DNA from: a virus
Direction: 5' to 3' (one strand)
Virus record (IMG/VR): IMGVR_UViG_3300050821_018287
Location: 1 to 64,000 of that record
Length of the DNA: 64,000 nt
This document shows, piece after piece, positions 1 to 8,512 of the stretch. Position 1 is the first letter of the stretch. The number at the start of each line of letters is the position of its first letter. The notes beneath the pieces were generated by a model. The model saw nothing but the letters and a program-made list of their open reading frames with translations. It did not search any database and was not told the origin of the DNA. The translations under genes were made by a program, and so were the position numbers.

Positions 1-245
1 GTCGCCGTGCGCCTCCTCGAAGCCGGGGGTGTGGATGGTCGTCAGTGCGTGCTTCAGAGCCGCGACGCGGAGCGCGTCGGTGGGCTGGGAGAGGGCCAGA
101 GAACCACGGTCAACAACAAGGAGAAGTATGAGGGAGAGAAGGGGGAAAAGCAAGCGGAATTAGAAAAAAGGTAGAAAGACCTGCGGTTACTGTAGGTTCC
201 TCTGGGGGCGTTTCCCTCCAGAATCGGACAAGATCTGGGGGATGG

Positions 246-707
246 ATGAAGGAGATCCCTCTCACACAAGGGAAGGTCGCGCTGGTGGATGACGAGGACT
301 ACCCTCACCTCTCCGCTTTCAAGTGGCATCTGAATGCGGGCTACGCCGCGAGGTCTCACCCCTGGGATGGAAAGCGGCGCCGGACTTTCATGCACGATCA
401 GCTCTTGCCCGCCCCGCCAGGCTTCTTCACCGACCACCGGAACCGGAACCGGCTCGACAACCGACGTGAGAACCTCCGGATCTCCACCCGCTCTCAGAAC
501 GCGGCCAACCGGCGCCTTCCGCGCACCAACACCTCCGGATTCCGCGGCGTACACAGATCCGGGCGCGGGTGGGCAGCAACCATCACATGCGCCGGGAAGC
601 ACTACTACCTCGGCACCTTCGACACCCCCGAGGAGGCCGCCACCGCCTACGACAAGAAGGCGCTGGAGCTGTTCGGAGAATTTGCATCCCTGAACAAGGC
701 CCTATAA
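246..707 (+). CDS. HNH endonuclease with C-terminal AP2 DNA-binding domain
   Basis: DHRNRNRLDNRRENLR HNH motif; NTSGFRGV...W.A.I...YLGTFDTPEEAATAYD AP2 motif; N-terminus MKEIPLTQGKVALVDDEDY is typical of this phage family. Confidence 0.93.
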   Translation: MKEIPLTQGKVALVDDEDYPHLSAFKWHLNAGYAARSHPWDGKRRRTFMHDQLLPAPPGFFTDHRNRNRLDNRRENLRISTRSQNAANRRLPRTNTSGFRGVHRSGRGWAATITCAGKHYYLGTFDTPEEAATAYDKKALELFGEFASLNKAL

Positions 708-717
708 CGGAGACCGG

Positions 718-942
718 ATGCTGAACCCCTGCGTCAACGAACACGATTTGCAGCCGATGGTGGAGGGTGGCCGCGCGCTCCTCGAAGATGTCCGCGCGCA
801 GACGTGCTCCCCGGAGTGCGCCGGCTTCATGCTCGCGCTCGCGCTCTCCCAGCTCATCGACGAGTGGAACCTGCCGCCGGCCGCGGAGATCGTCGACTTC
901 GCCCGGGTCATCCGGCTCGGTGCCACGCAGGGAGGGAACTGA
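718..942 (+). CDS. hypothetical protein
   Basis: Fills the gap between flanking genes; GGAG RBS upstream. Confidence 0.6.
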   Translation: MLNPCVNEHDLQPMVEGGRALLEDVRAQTCSPECAGFMLALALSQLIDEWNLPPAAEIVDFARVIRLGATQGGN

Positions 943-944
943 AC

Positions 945-1436
945 ATGGGTGGGAGAGCTTCGAGACGGAAGGGCCACGACTGGGAGCGCGAGGTGGTGCG
1001 CATTTTCCGGGAGATCTTCCCCGCCCAGGCCAAGAAGATCTCCCGCGTCCTAGTCCAGAACCGGGACGGCGCGGAGGCGCCGGACGTCGCGGGCGCCCCC
1101 TACTTCTGGATCGAGGCAAAGCACCACGTCCAGGTCAGCATCCAAGGCGCCCTCCACCAGGCGGACACTGCGCGAAAGGCGCTGCGACAGCGCGGAGCCG
1201 GCGCCCCCTACTTCGACGAAGCGGGAAAGCTCCCCCTCGTCGTCGCGAAGGACACCCACCGACCACCCGTCGTGGCGATGTACCTCAGCGACTTCAGAAA
1301 GCTCCTCCGCTCGCTGGCGGAGATCCCGGAGGTGCCCCGTGAGCCGTACCCCACGAACGTTCCTCAGCATCCAGGGTGCCCTAGTCCTAGCCTCGATTTC
1401 CTGCGGTATCCCCCCGATCGGAAGTCCGGAACCTGA
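945..1436 (+). CDS. Holliday junction resolvase-like PD-(D/E)xK nuclease
   Basis: SRRKGHDWEREV, PDV, IEAK motifs; ATG at 945 after GGGAGG. Confidence 0.8.
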   Translation: MGGRASRRKGHDWEREVVRIFREIFPAQAKKISRVLVQNRDGAEAPDVAGAPYFWIEAKHHVQVSIQGALHQADTARKALRQRGAGAPYFDEAGKLPLVVAKDTHRPPVVAMYLSDFRKLLRSLAEIPEVPREPYPTNVPQHPGCPSPSLDFLRYPPDRKSGT

Positions 1437-2025
1437 CGCAGCGAGTCAGGAGGACGCGGGGGTGGACCCGGACGCGGGTCCGACACCTGACGCTGGGAAG
1501 GGGTCCTCCGATGCCGGGCTGCCCCGCCCTGACGCGGGGAGCCCTTCCCCCGACGCTGGGCCCTCCCCGGATGCCGGAAGCCCTCCTGGGGACGGTGGCG
1601 CGCTCCAGGACGCAGGAAGCAACTTTGACGCGGGTTTCCCGGGAAGCGACGCGGGCGGCACGCCGGACGCGGGCCCCTGCGGCGGGAAGGACGCGGCTTG
1701 CTGCACCCCCGGAGGAAGCGGAAACCCCTACTGCAACGCGGGGTTGGCCTGCGTCTACGTCGGTGGGAGTGGCTTCCTGTGTGAGGATTGCGGGTACACG
1801 GGAGCGGCCTGCTGCCTCGACAACACCGCCGAGCCGCGCCTTTGCTTCGGGGCGCCCTCCTGCGCTGGGGGAAACTGCTACGAGCTGACGTGCCTCTCGG
1901 GCGTCTGCTACGACATCCCTGGCGGGTGCGACGCGGGGGGCCCGGGGACCGCGGGGCAGAGCTGCTACGGCGCTCAGAACCTCTGCTGCCCGAAGCTCTC
2001 CTGCAACTCGGGCGTTTGCGGGTGA
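1339..2025 (+). CDS. Cys-rich lipoprotein with DAG-repeat linker
   Basis: Lipobox-like VLASISC; 12 DAG tripeptides; 20 Cys in the C-terminal half. Confidence 0.75.
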   Translation: MSRTPRTFLSIQGALVLASISCGIPPIGSPEPDAASQEDAGVDPDAGPTPDAGKGSSDAGLPRPDAGSPSPDAGPSPDAGSPPGDGGALQDAGSNFDAGFPGSDAGGTPDAGPCGGKDAACCTPGGSGNPYCNAGLACVYVGGSGFLCEDCGYTGAACCLDNTAEPRLCFGAPSCAGGNCYELTCLSGVCYDIPGGCDAGGPGTAGQSCYGAQNLCCPKLSCNSGVCG

Positions 2026-2249
2026 GCCTCGCGGAAGTCACGCACTACGGACGCGACCAGTTCATCACCACGGACTACGCGCTTTACGGAATCCAACCCG
2101 GACCAAATACCTGGACCGCCTGCCTCGGACATTGGCGAGCGATGACGATGACGGTCCAAGTGACGACAGATCGCGAGAAGGTCACCTGCGAAAGGTGCCT
2201 GGAGAAGCTCGCCGCGCTCGCCGTCGCCGCGCTCCGAGGCGGCGGATGA
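2022..2249 (+). CDS. small Zn-finger-like protein (paralogue 1)
   Basis: GTGA overlap with upstream stop; H...TAC...TTDREKVTCERC. Confidence 0.7.
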   Translation: MSLAEVTHYGRDQFITTDYALYGIQPGPNTWTACLGHWRAMTMTVQVTTDREKVTCERCLEKLAALAVAALRGGG

Positions 2250-2500
2250 GGCACTTCGTGCTGAAGGAGATCGACTCCTGTTGCATGGTCCCCGCCTGCA
2301 AGAGCGGCTACACAGTCCACCGCCGCGGAATGCGGTGGGTCCAGCGGTGGTACCCGGGCCGGATCTGCACCATCACCACGGAGGTCTTCGCCGTGACGTG
2401 CAAGGCGTGCCTCGAAGCGATCCAGCGCGACGTCGCTGAGAGGCTCTCCGGCTTTCCCCGCGTCTACTACTCGTGGGACGGAAAGGCGCCCGAGATTTGA
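2246..2500 (+). CDS. small Zn-finger-like protein (paralogue 2)
   Basis: ATGA overlap; H...PAC...TTEVFAVTCKAC. Confidence 0.7.
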   Translation: MRHFVLKEIDSCCMVPACKSGYTVHRRGMRWVQRWYPGRICTITTEVFAVTCKACLEAIQRDVAERLSGFPRVYYSWDGKAPEI

Positions 2501-2712
2501 GCGGCATCCTCCACCACACCCGGGAGCTTTCTGGCCTCCCCCTCGCCCCCTACACAGGCGAACCGAAGCGGTGGTCAGCGTGCATGGAGTGGGTGTCCGT
2601 GGCGGAGAGCACGACCGAGGTCGAGAAGGTCACCTGCGAGAAATGCCGCTACTGGCTCGCGGCAGATGCGCGGGAGCGCCTCGGGGAGATTGTGGGAGAC
2701 CCGTTCGATTGA
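2497..2712 (+). CDS. small Zn-finger-like protein (paralogue 3)
   Basis: TTGA overlap; HH...SAC...TTEVEKVTCEKC. Confidence 0.7.
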   Translation: MSGILHHTRELSGLPLAPYTGEPKRWSACMEWVSVAESTTEVEKVTCEKCRYWLAADARERLGEIVGDPFD

Positions 2713-2729
2713 AACTGCCCCGGTGAGCC

Positions 2730-2760
2730 GCGCTTCGGGGGGGATCGAAGCGCACCCTTT
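2730..2760 (+). terminator. possible intrinsic terminator at the point of convergent transcription
   Basis: GCGCTTCG/CGAAGCGC stem with only a short T run, between converging gene blocks. Confidence 0.4.
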
Positions 2761-2802
2761 GAGGCCGCCGGGCCGACCTGTTCCGCCGCTCCCCTGAAGC
2801 TC

Positions 2803-3621
2803 CTACGAAGGCGCCGTCCACGCCTCCCAAATTGGGTACCCGCTCATCGGCATCCAGAAGTAGCCCCCAGCGCCCCAGCTCGTCCCCCACTGGTTGACGC
2901 CCTTGTAGAGCTGACGCCCTGCGTCGTAGCCGATGAGGAGGACTCCGTGACCACCGTGGAGCGCCTCCTTCGACGGATCCGGCACCGGCAGCACCCCGCC
3001 CGCGCCCAGGCCCTCGAAGGAGTCGTAGACGGGAATTGCAATCGCAATGGGGAGGCGCGCGTTGAGGACGGCCATCCCATTCTTCGGGTCGTCCAAGTCC
3101 ACCATCGTCGGCTGGCCGATCCGGTATTCCACCGCCGCAGCGTCGGCGATGTTGGGGATGGGCTCGGCGGGATCCTGGTCGTAGGGCATGTCCGTCTCCG
3201 GGCACACCCCGTACGCCTGGAGCACGGCAAACTCGTCGGCCATCGTCGCCCCCGAGTCCGCGGGGAACGTCCCCTCACCCATCCTCGTCCGCGCGTACAG
3301 GTACGCTGGGGAGAGCCGGAGCGGGAGCGGCACCGGCACCATCCCCTCCTTCCACTCCAGCGCCGCCATCTGGACCTCGCGGAACTGCGCGGTGGCGAAG
3401 CCGGTGCACGCACCCTCCCCGCCCTGATTCCGGATGCCCGCGAAGAAGGGGGAGAGATCCGCCCCAGCCGGCGGCGCCACCCCCATCGAGGCCGGGACCG
3501 GCGACGGCAGGCCCTTCGCCCAGCGATCCATCGACGCCTTCACGAGTGGGTGGTTCAGCGGCGACGGGCGCAGCTTGTAGGTGTGTTCCGAAGTCCCGAG
3601 GGGACGGTGGGCGAAGTGCAT
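2803..3621 (-). CDS. papain-like (C1 family) cysteine peptidase
   Basis: NQGGEGACTGF (Gln/Cys), GGHGVLLIGYD (His), NQWGTSWGAGGYFW (Asn). Confidence 0.92.
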   Translation of the reverse strand: MHFAHRPLGTSEHTYKLRPSPLNHPLVKASMDRWAKGLPSPVPASMGVAPPAGADLSPFFAGIRNQGGEGACTGFATAQFREVQMAALEWKEGMVPVPLPLRLSPAYLYARTRMGEGTFPADSGATMADEFAVLQAYGVCPETDMPYDQDPAEPIPNIADAAAVEYRIGQPTMVDLDDPKNGMAVLNARLPIAIAIPVYDSFEGLGAGGVLPVPDPSKEALHGGHGVLLIGYDAGRQLYKGVNQWGTSWGAGGYFWMPMSGYPIWEAWTAPS

Positions 3622-3633
3622 GGCGCTTCCCCC

Positions 3634-4677
3634 CTACCAGCCCAGGTAGAGCGTGTTTCCGCGGATGACTCCCGAGGGGCCCTTGGCGATGCCGACCGGG
3701 GGCGAGTAGGGGCCGAGCGCGAACTGGATGCTGAAGACGAGGAGGAGGAAACCCGGACCGCCCGGGAAGGCTCCGGAAGCGTCGAGCAAGGCGTGCCCGT
3801 AGCCGACGCCCAACAGCGAGTTGAGCGTGGTGAGGGCCACCGCCGCGCTGAGCTGTCCAAACTCCGCGCCGCTGGGCCCAGAGACGAGCTGCCCAAAGGC
3901 CATCCCGCTCACCGCCAGCATGTCGTAGGACTTCCCCAGAAGCGTCATCTGGAGCTGCGGCAGGGAGAAAGAGGCCATCATCCCCGCGCCCGCGCCGACG
4001 CTCGCCGGGTGCGGGTTTTTCCACTCGTACTGGAGGAAGGGGATGGTGGGGCCGACACTCATCGTGAAGGGGCCCACCTGGGTCTCCGCCCGCGCCGGGC
4101 GCGCGTAGAAGAGGCTCCCCACCAGGGCCAAAGCCACCATCGCCTTCACCACCGGCGCCGGGTTGAGCGGAGCCTGGACGCCGAAGATCTTGGTGGCGAG
4201 ATTGAATCCGCCGGCTGCGGTGACTCCGAGGACGAGCCCGTGGACGAGGAAGTTTAGGCTGAACGGAGCGCCCGCGTAGAGGCCGTTGCCGATCGCCGCA
4301 CCGACTCCCATCAGAAGGACGAGGATGGCCCCGCCGCGATCCGTCTTCAGGAAGGGACCCACCGGCGCCGGGATGGACGTCCCGTACTTCTTCGCCGCCC
4401 AGGTCAAACCGATGACCGCGAGCGCCGCCAGCAAGTGGTAGTTCTTCGAGTCGAGCGCCTGGAGGACGAGCTGCGCGTAGGCGTTGCCGTCCGCCGGGCT
4501 CGGAGGAACCGGGGGGATCGGAGGAGACAGGCCCGCATCCTGTCCAAACGCCTTGCTCGCGAGACCGAACACGAGAAGAGGCAGAGCGAAGATCACCGCG
4601 AAGTACACCCCCAACCAGAACGGGCGGCGGTACACCGCGTCCATCGCGTCGTTGAATCCGTCGATCAGCTTTCGCAT
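3634..4677 (-). CDS. multi-pass membrane protein: holin-like N-half plus beta-rich C-half
   Basis: Several hydrophobic helices; adjacent to the endolysin; ends in an aromatic residue (TLYLGW). Confidence 0.6.
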   Translation of the reverse strand: MRKLIDGFNDAMDAVYRRPFWLGVYFAVIFALPLLVFGLASKAFGQDAGLSPPIPPVPPSPADGNAYAQLVLQALDSKNYHLLAALAVIGLTWAAKKYGTSIPAPVGPFLKTDRGGAILVLLMGVGAAIGNGLYAGAPFSLNFLVHGLVLGVTAAGGFNLATKIFGVQAPLNPAPVVKAMVALALVGSLFYARPARAETQVGPFTMSVGPTIPFLQYEWKNPHPASVGAGAGMMASFSLPQLQMTLLGKSYDMLAVSGMAFGQLVSGPSGAEFGQLSAAVALTTLNSLLGVGYGHALLDASGAFPGGPGFLLLVFSIQFALGPYSPPVGIAKGPSGVIRGNTLYLGW

Positions 4678-4716
4678 CGGACTTCTCCTTTTCGGTGGGC
4701 GGAACCTACTGCACTG

Positions 4717-4878
4717 TCAGCCGTGGATCCAGCCGATGAAGGCTCCACGGAGGTGGAAGTGGTACCTGTTGAAACCGCGGCGGGTGCTGTACCGGCGGAG
4801 GGTGTTCGGCTCCGCCTTGAAGTCGGTGCGGTGAGCCCACCGGAAGCGCCACGCGCGCAGCCAGGACTTCCGGTGCAT
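4717..4878 (-). CDS. small basic hypothetical protein
   Basis: ATG overlaps the endolysin stop; 53 aa, Arg/Trp-rich. Confidence 0.4.
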   Translation of the reverse strand: MHRKSWLRAWRFRWAHRTDFKAEPNTLRRYSTRRGFNRYHFHLRGAFIGWIHG

Positions 4879-5390
4879 CAGGAGTGGGTCCAGAATTCGA
4901 GCTGCGGCATCATCGCGGGCGTGAAGACGGAAGTGAAGGAGATCCCGTACCCGCAAGACGCTCCCGCCTGGGCCAAGGTCCAATCCGGCATCACCCACGC
5001 GATGTGGCCGTGGCCCGTCGGGTTCCGCCAGGTGACGAGCGTCGGCTGACCGAGGGCTGCTGCCGCCTTCGCCGCGTCCGCGTCCACCTGGGTCCAGCCG
5101 TAGTCGACACCCTCCGTGCCCAGCCAGAGGATCCCTTCATTGATGACCAGCTCCTGCATCCCGTAGCTGCCGTTGAGGTTGTTCCACCAGTGGGGTACCT
5201 CGCAGCACAGGGCGCGCGAAGCGTCCCAGGCGGCGATGTTGCAGAAGGTGTCCCCGCCCGCCGGCTGGTAGCGAAGGCTCGTGTCAAAGTTGAACTGGCG
5301 CAGCACCGCCTCGTAGCGGGCCGGGCTCCGGTTGTCGTTGCCGTTGGACGACACGAAGCGCATCGGGCGAAGACGATCGAGGACATTCAC
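4878..5390 (-). CDS. putative endolysin (CHAP/NlpC-P60-like Cys-His peptidoglycan hydrolase)
   Basis: TFCNIAAWD catalytic Cys, GHGHIAWV His, AQAG; lysis-region context. Confidence 0.7.
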   Translation of the reverse strand: MNVLDRLRPMRFVSSNGNDNRSPARYEAVLRQFNFDTSLRYQPAGGDTFCNIAAWDASRALCCEVPHWWNNLNGSYGMQELVINEGILWLGTEGVDYGWTQVDADAAKAAAALGQPTLVTWRNPTGHGHIAWVMPDWTLAQAGASCGYGISFTSVFTPAMMPQLEFWTHS

Positions 5391-5626
5391 GGCGGCGCCT
5401 CCATCGAGATGTTGAACTGCGCGGCCTGCCAGATCTGCTCCGCGTTGCAGGATATCCCCACCTTCGTGCAGTACGTGAGCGAGTCAGCGAGACAGCTCTG
5501 ACGCGCCGCGTAGGGCTCAAGGGAGGAGTTGACGCACATCTCCAACCGCGTGATCGCCTCCTGGCGCAACCCCCACTGAGTGGGGGCGCAACCGAGGAAG
5601 ACGACGAGCGCGAGCGCCCACTTCAT
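5387..5626 (-). CDS. small lipoprotein (spanin-like candidate)
   Basis: MKWALALVVFLGC lipobox; next to the endolysin. Confidence 0.65.
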   Translation of the reverse strand: MKWALALVVFLGCAPTQWGLRQEAITRLEMCVNSSLEPYAARQSCLADSLTYCTKVGISCNAEQIWQAAQFNISMEAPP

Positions 5627-5811
5627 CGAGACACCGGGCTGCACGTCATCTCCGGCCACTGCCAAACCGGCTCGACGCGACAGAGGTAGCCCGCGTCGTA
5701 AGGATCCCCCGGAAGACTCTCGAAGTGCACCGGCAAGAAGGAGTCGTACGGTGGACTGCGGCCGAGGTAGGCGCAAGAGGACAGCGCCAGCAATGCCAGC
5801 GCCAGCCTCAC
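5623..5811 (-). CDS. small lipoprotein
   Basis: MRLALALLALSSC lipobox; 4-nt overlaps on both sides. Confidence 0.65.
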   Translation of the reverse strand: MRLALALLALSSCAYLGRSPPYDSFLPVHFESLPGDPYDAGYLCRVEPVWQWPEMTCSPVSR

Positions 5812-6254
5812 CGGTATTCGGTGACGCCGACCGCGTTGGCCGAGGTGCCGGCGGCGGAGATGCAGAAGATGTTGCCCAGCGTCGTCGCGGCTGGCGAGAA
5901 GGACGAGGGCGGTGTGGTGGTGAAGCACCCCACATTGAAGGTGACGCAGGAGGGGATCGCCGCGGTGCCCGCGGGGATGACTCGGCCCTGCGTCGGGCCC
6001 ACCGCCGCCGTCACCGTGGACGGGCCACAGAAGATCGCCACCGTGTCACTGTTGCAGATCTCGATGGCCTGCCGAGGCTGCATGCAGGACGCCGGCACTG
6101 CCGTCGCCGTGTTCGCCACCGTCATGTGGATGGAAGCCACCGCAGGCGTCGAGGAAACCATCTGCGCGTGGGCGATGGCCTTCACCCCGACGCACGCAGC
6201 GATGAGCGTGCCGAGGATGAAGGCGGAGACGGCGACGAGCGAGGCGCGGCGCAT
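5808..6254 (-). CDS. exported beta-rich protein
   Basis: Signal peptide MRRASLVAVSAFILG...AHA. Confidence 0.7.
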   Translation of the reverse strand: MRRASLVAVSAFILGTLIAACVGVKAIAHAQMVSSTPAVASIHMTVANTATAVPASCMQPRQAIEICNSDTVAIFCGPSTVTAAVGPTQGRVIPAGTAAIPSCVTFNVGCFTTTPPSSFSPAATTLGNIFCISAAGTSANAVGVTEYR

Positions 6255-6264
6255 TGGGAGCCTT

Positions 6265-6711
6265 TCAGGTTGCGACGGGGGCCGAAGGCGCTTCCGCCGC
6301 CGGAGGAACAGTGGGAGCCGGCGGCTGGACGCGGATGAGCGCGGGGCCGGTCTCGTCGAAGATCCACCGGCCGGAACCGGCGGGATCCGAACCGTCAATC
6401 CCGTGAGCAGCGGCGACGGTTGTGACGACCTCCTCCAGCTTCTTGGAGTTGGCGGCGACGGATTCGAGAATGGCCTGGCGCTGTTGCTCCGCCGCGCGGA
6501 CTTGAACGTGGGCGTCGGCTAGCATCACCTTCGCCGTGGTGAGGTTGTCCCGAGCCTGCTCCAGGAGCATCTTCTCCGGCTCGGTGAACTCCACCCGCGC
6601 CTCAGTCGGCGGAGGCACCTTCGGCTTCTCCTGCTTCGGTTGAGCGGGCACGGCGTGGAGCTGCTTTCCGTTCTTCTTCCCGTGATCCTTCCACCACGAC
6701 ATTTTTGACAC
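6265..6711 (-). CDS. coiled-coil hypothetical protein
   Basis: Good codon usage; central heptad-rich helix. Confidence 0.7.
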   Translation of the reverse strand: MSKMSWWKDHGKKNGKQLHAVPAQPKQEKPKVPPPTEARVEFTEPEKMLLEQARDNLTTAKVMLADAHVQVRAAEQQRQAILESVAANSKKLEEVVTTVAAAHGIDGSDPAGSGRWIFDETGPALIRVQPPAPTVPPAAEAPSAPVAT

Positions 6712-6727
6712 CCCCGGTAGAGCCCTC

Positions 6728-6757
6728 GTTCTACGTCACAGGAGGGACCCTGGTCAA
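6728..6757 (-). promoter_or_regulatory. possible sigma70-type promoter for the lysis block
   Basis: TTGACC-18 nt-TAGAAC on the - strand upstream of 6711. Confidence 0.35.
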
Positions 6758-6758
6758 T

Positions 6759-6896
6759 TCAGGGATCCGGCTGGCAACCAGAGCAACGGTAAGGACCCGC
6801 GTCGGGCAGAGTGGACAAGGAAGACGGCAAGGTGGCTCGGATCTCCGCGGCGCAACCGACGAGCGCAAGAAGGACCAAGGCGGCGACAATCTTCAT
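6759..6896 (-). CDS. 45-aa lipoprotein
   Basis: MKIVAALVLLALVGC lipobox; PDAG; CxxC; AGGAG RBS. Confidence 0.6.
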   Translation of the reverse strand: MKIVAALVLLALVGCAAEIRATLPSSLSTLPDAGPYRCSGCQPDP

Positions 6897-6910
6897 GATC
6901 GCTCCTAACG

Positions 6911-8512
6911 CTATTGCTTTCCAACGTAGCATCCGTTGGTGAAGACGAGAGGGGGATTGGAGGCGTTGATCGTGGCGTACGAAGTCGTAACGGGAGAGGA
7001 GTCCGCCCCGTTTGCCGTCGCGTTTCCGGTCGCTCCCGTGGCGGACGTGTTCGTGCTCGTGTAGATCGCCCCGGGACCGGGACCGCAGTTGACACCCCAC
7101 GTCCCGGAGTTGCCTGATGCGTTGGCGAAGCCGTTGCCGATTCGAGCAATGGCCCCACGCTGGACCTGGAGCGCCGCGCCGGAGGTTGATGTGGCGTAGG
7201 CGTTGCCGAGGCTGGCGATGCGCACGTACTGGGGACCGATCAGCAAAATCGCCGCAGCGCTGCCGCCGAGGATGTAGGACGAAAGAACGTTGATCTGGCT
7301 GGAGCCGCCCTCGATCTCCAGACCGTTTCCGACCCCCGAGATGAAAACACCGTCGAAGACGGCGCCAAACTTGACTCCCTGGAGGTCCACGGCGCCGCGA
7401 GCTGACCCACCCGCCGTCTGGACCACGGTGCTGCGAATCAGCTCGATGTAGGAGTTGTCCGCGGCCAGAACGCCCTGGTTGTTCACGGCGGTGCTCTGGA
7501 ATTGGCAACCCCAGAAGCGCACATTGGCGGTGTGAACTCCGACGGCAGCGTGACCACCCGGGGTGCTTTGGACGACCCGCACGTAGCGGACCTCCAACGT
7601 GGAGGAAGTGTTCTGGTTGAAACCAGCGATGGAATTGCTCGCGCCCATTCCACCGACATTGGAGATGGAGAGCGTTTCTTGGGGACCGTCCTGACCGATC
7701 CCACCGTCCGCCAACATCGTCTCCGGGTGGAGGATGGTGGACGGCTGCACAATCTCGTATTGCGTCGTGCTGTCCGGAGGTGCCTGCATTGGCTGAGTGG
7801 CGACGTCCGACAGCGTGAGAACCGTCGCCGAATTCGCATCAATCGGCCAAATGTTGGTGTCAGCCGCGGGAGAGATGGACTGCGGGTTGAACCCGCTGCC
7901 CGAGAGGATCTTCACGAACATCCCGGCGAACTGTCCTGGCGTCCACCCAGCGCCGGCCTGGGTGATGGTGATGAGGGACGCGACATCGGTTCCGGACGTG
8001 GCGGCGAACGGGCCAGCAACAATCGTCCCGGGTGAGCCCAACGGCGCGCCTTCGATCAGCACCTTCGGCATGATCGAAGAGGTGTCGAGCGTGGTCACCG
8101 CGGAGCCGCCGTCAGTGGGGTACTCCGGACCGTAGCCGGTGCCCATAATCAGGCCGACGCTGAGATCCGGAAGGTAGCTGGTGAGGGAGAAGGTCCCCGG
8201 GAGACCCTTCTCCAAGTGGCTCGCAGTCACCACGTTGTCGATCAGGTTCGGCGGACCGTAGTAGTTGCCTGCGTCGAGCTGGACCCGCTCCAACGCCTGG
8301 ACAATCTTCGGCAGTTGGGCGAAAGCGAAGTTGGGGCTCTTGCACGGAAAGGTCGTGCCGCACCCACCGACGTCGATTCCCGTGGCCTGGTCCACCGACA
8401 GCAACATGAAGTTGGGGCCGGTCCGGAAGTCGCGAACACGGAGGGAGGAGTTGATGTCGGTGACTTGCCCCAGGACGAGCGTCGTCACGAGAAGCGAAGT
8501 CCACCTTTTCAT
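6911..8512 (-). CDS. beta-helix (pectin lyase-like) spike or exported protein
   Basis: Gly/Asn/Val repeating beta-strand pattern; DxxTGxD...PCK motif; signal-peptide-like N-terminus. Confidence 0.6.
   Translation of the reverse strand: MKRWTSLLVTTLVLGQVTDINSSLRVRDFRTGPNFMLLSVDQATGIDVGGCGTTFPCKSPNFAFAQLPKIVQALERVQLDAGNYYGPPNLIDNVVTASHLEKGLPGTFSLTSYLPDLSVGLIMGTGYGPEYPTDGGSAVTTLDTSSIMPKVLIEGAPLGSPGTIVAGPFAATSGTDVASLITITQAGAGWTPGQFAGMFVKILSGSGFNPQSISPAADTNIWPIDANSATVLTLSDVATQPMQAPPDSTTQYEIVQPSTILHPETMLADGGIGQDGPQETLSISNVGGMGASNSIAGFNQNTSSTLEVRYVRVVQSTPGGHAAVGVHTANVRFWGCQFQSTAVNNQGVLAADNSYIELIRSTVVQTAGGSARGAVDLQGVKFGAVFDGVFISGVGNGLEIEGGSSQINVLSSYILGGSAAAILLIGPQYVRIASLGNAYATSTSGAALQVQRGAIARIGNGFANASGNSGTWGVNCGPGPGAIYTSTNTSATGATGNATANGADSSPVTTSYATINASNPPLVFTNGCYVGKQ

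Noticed and set aside
1-178. Partial + strand ORF at the window start
   Set aside because: Too short, and the frame is too ambiguous to call
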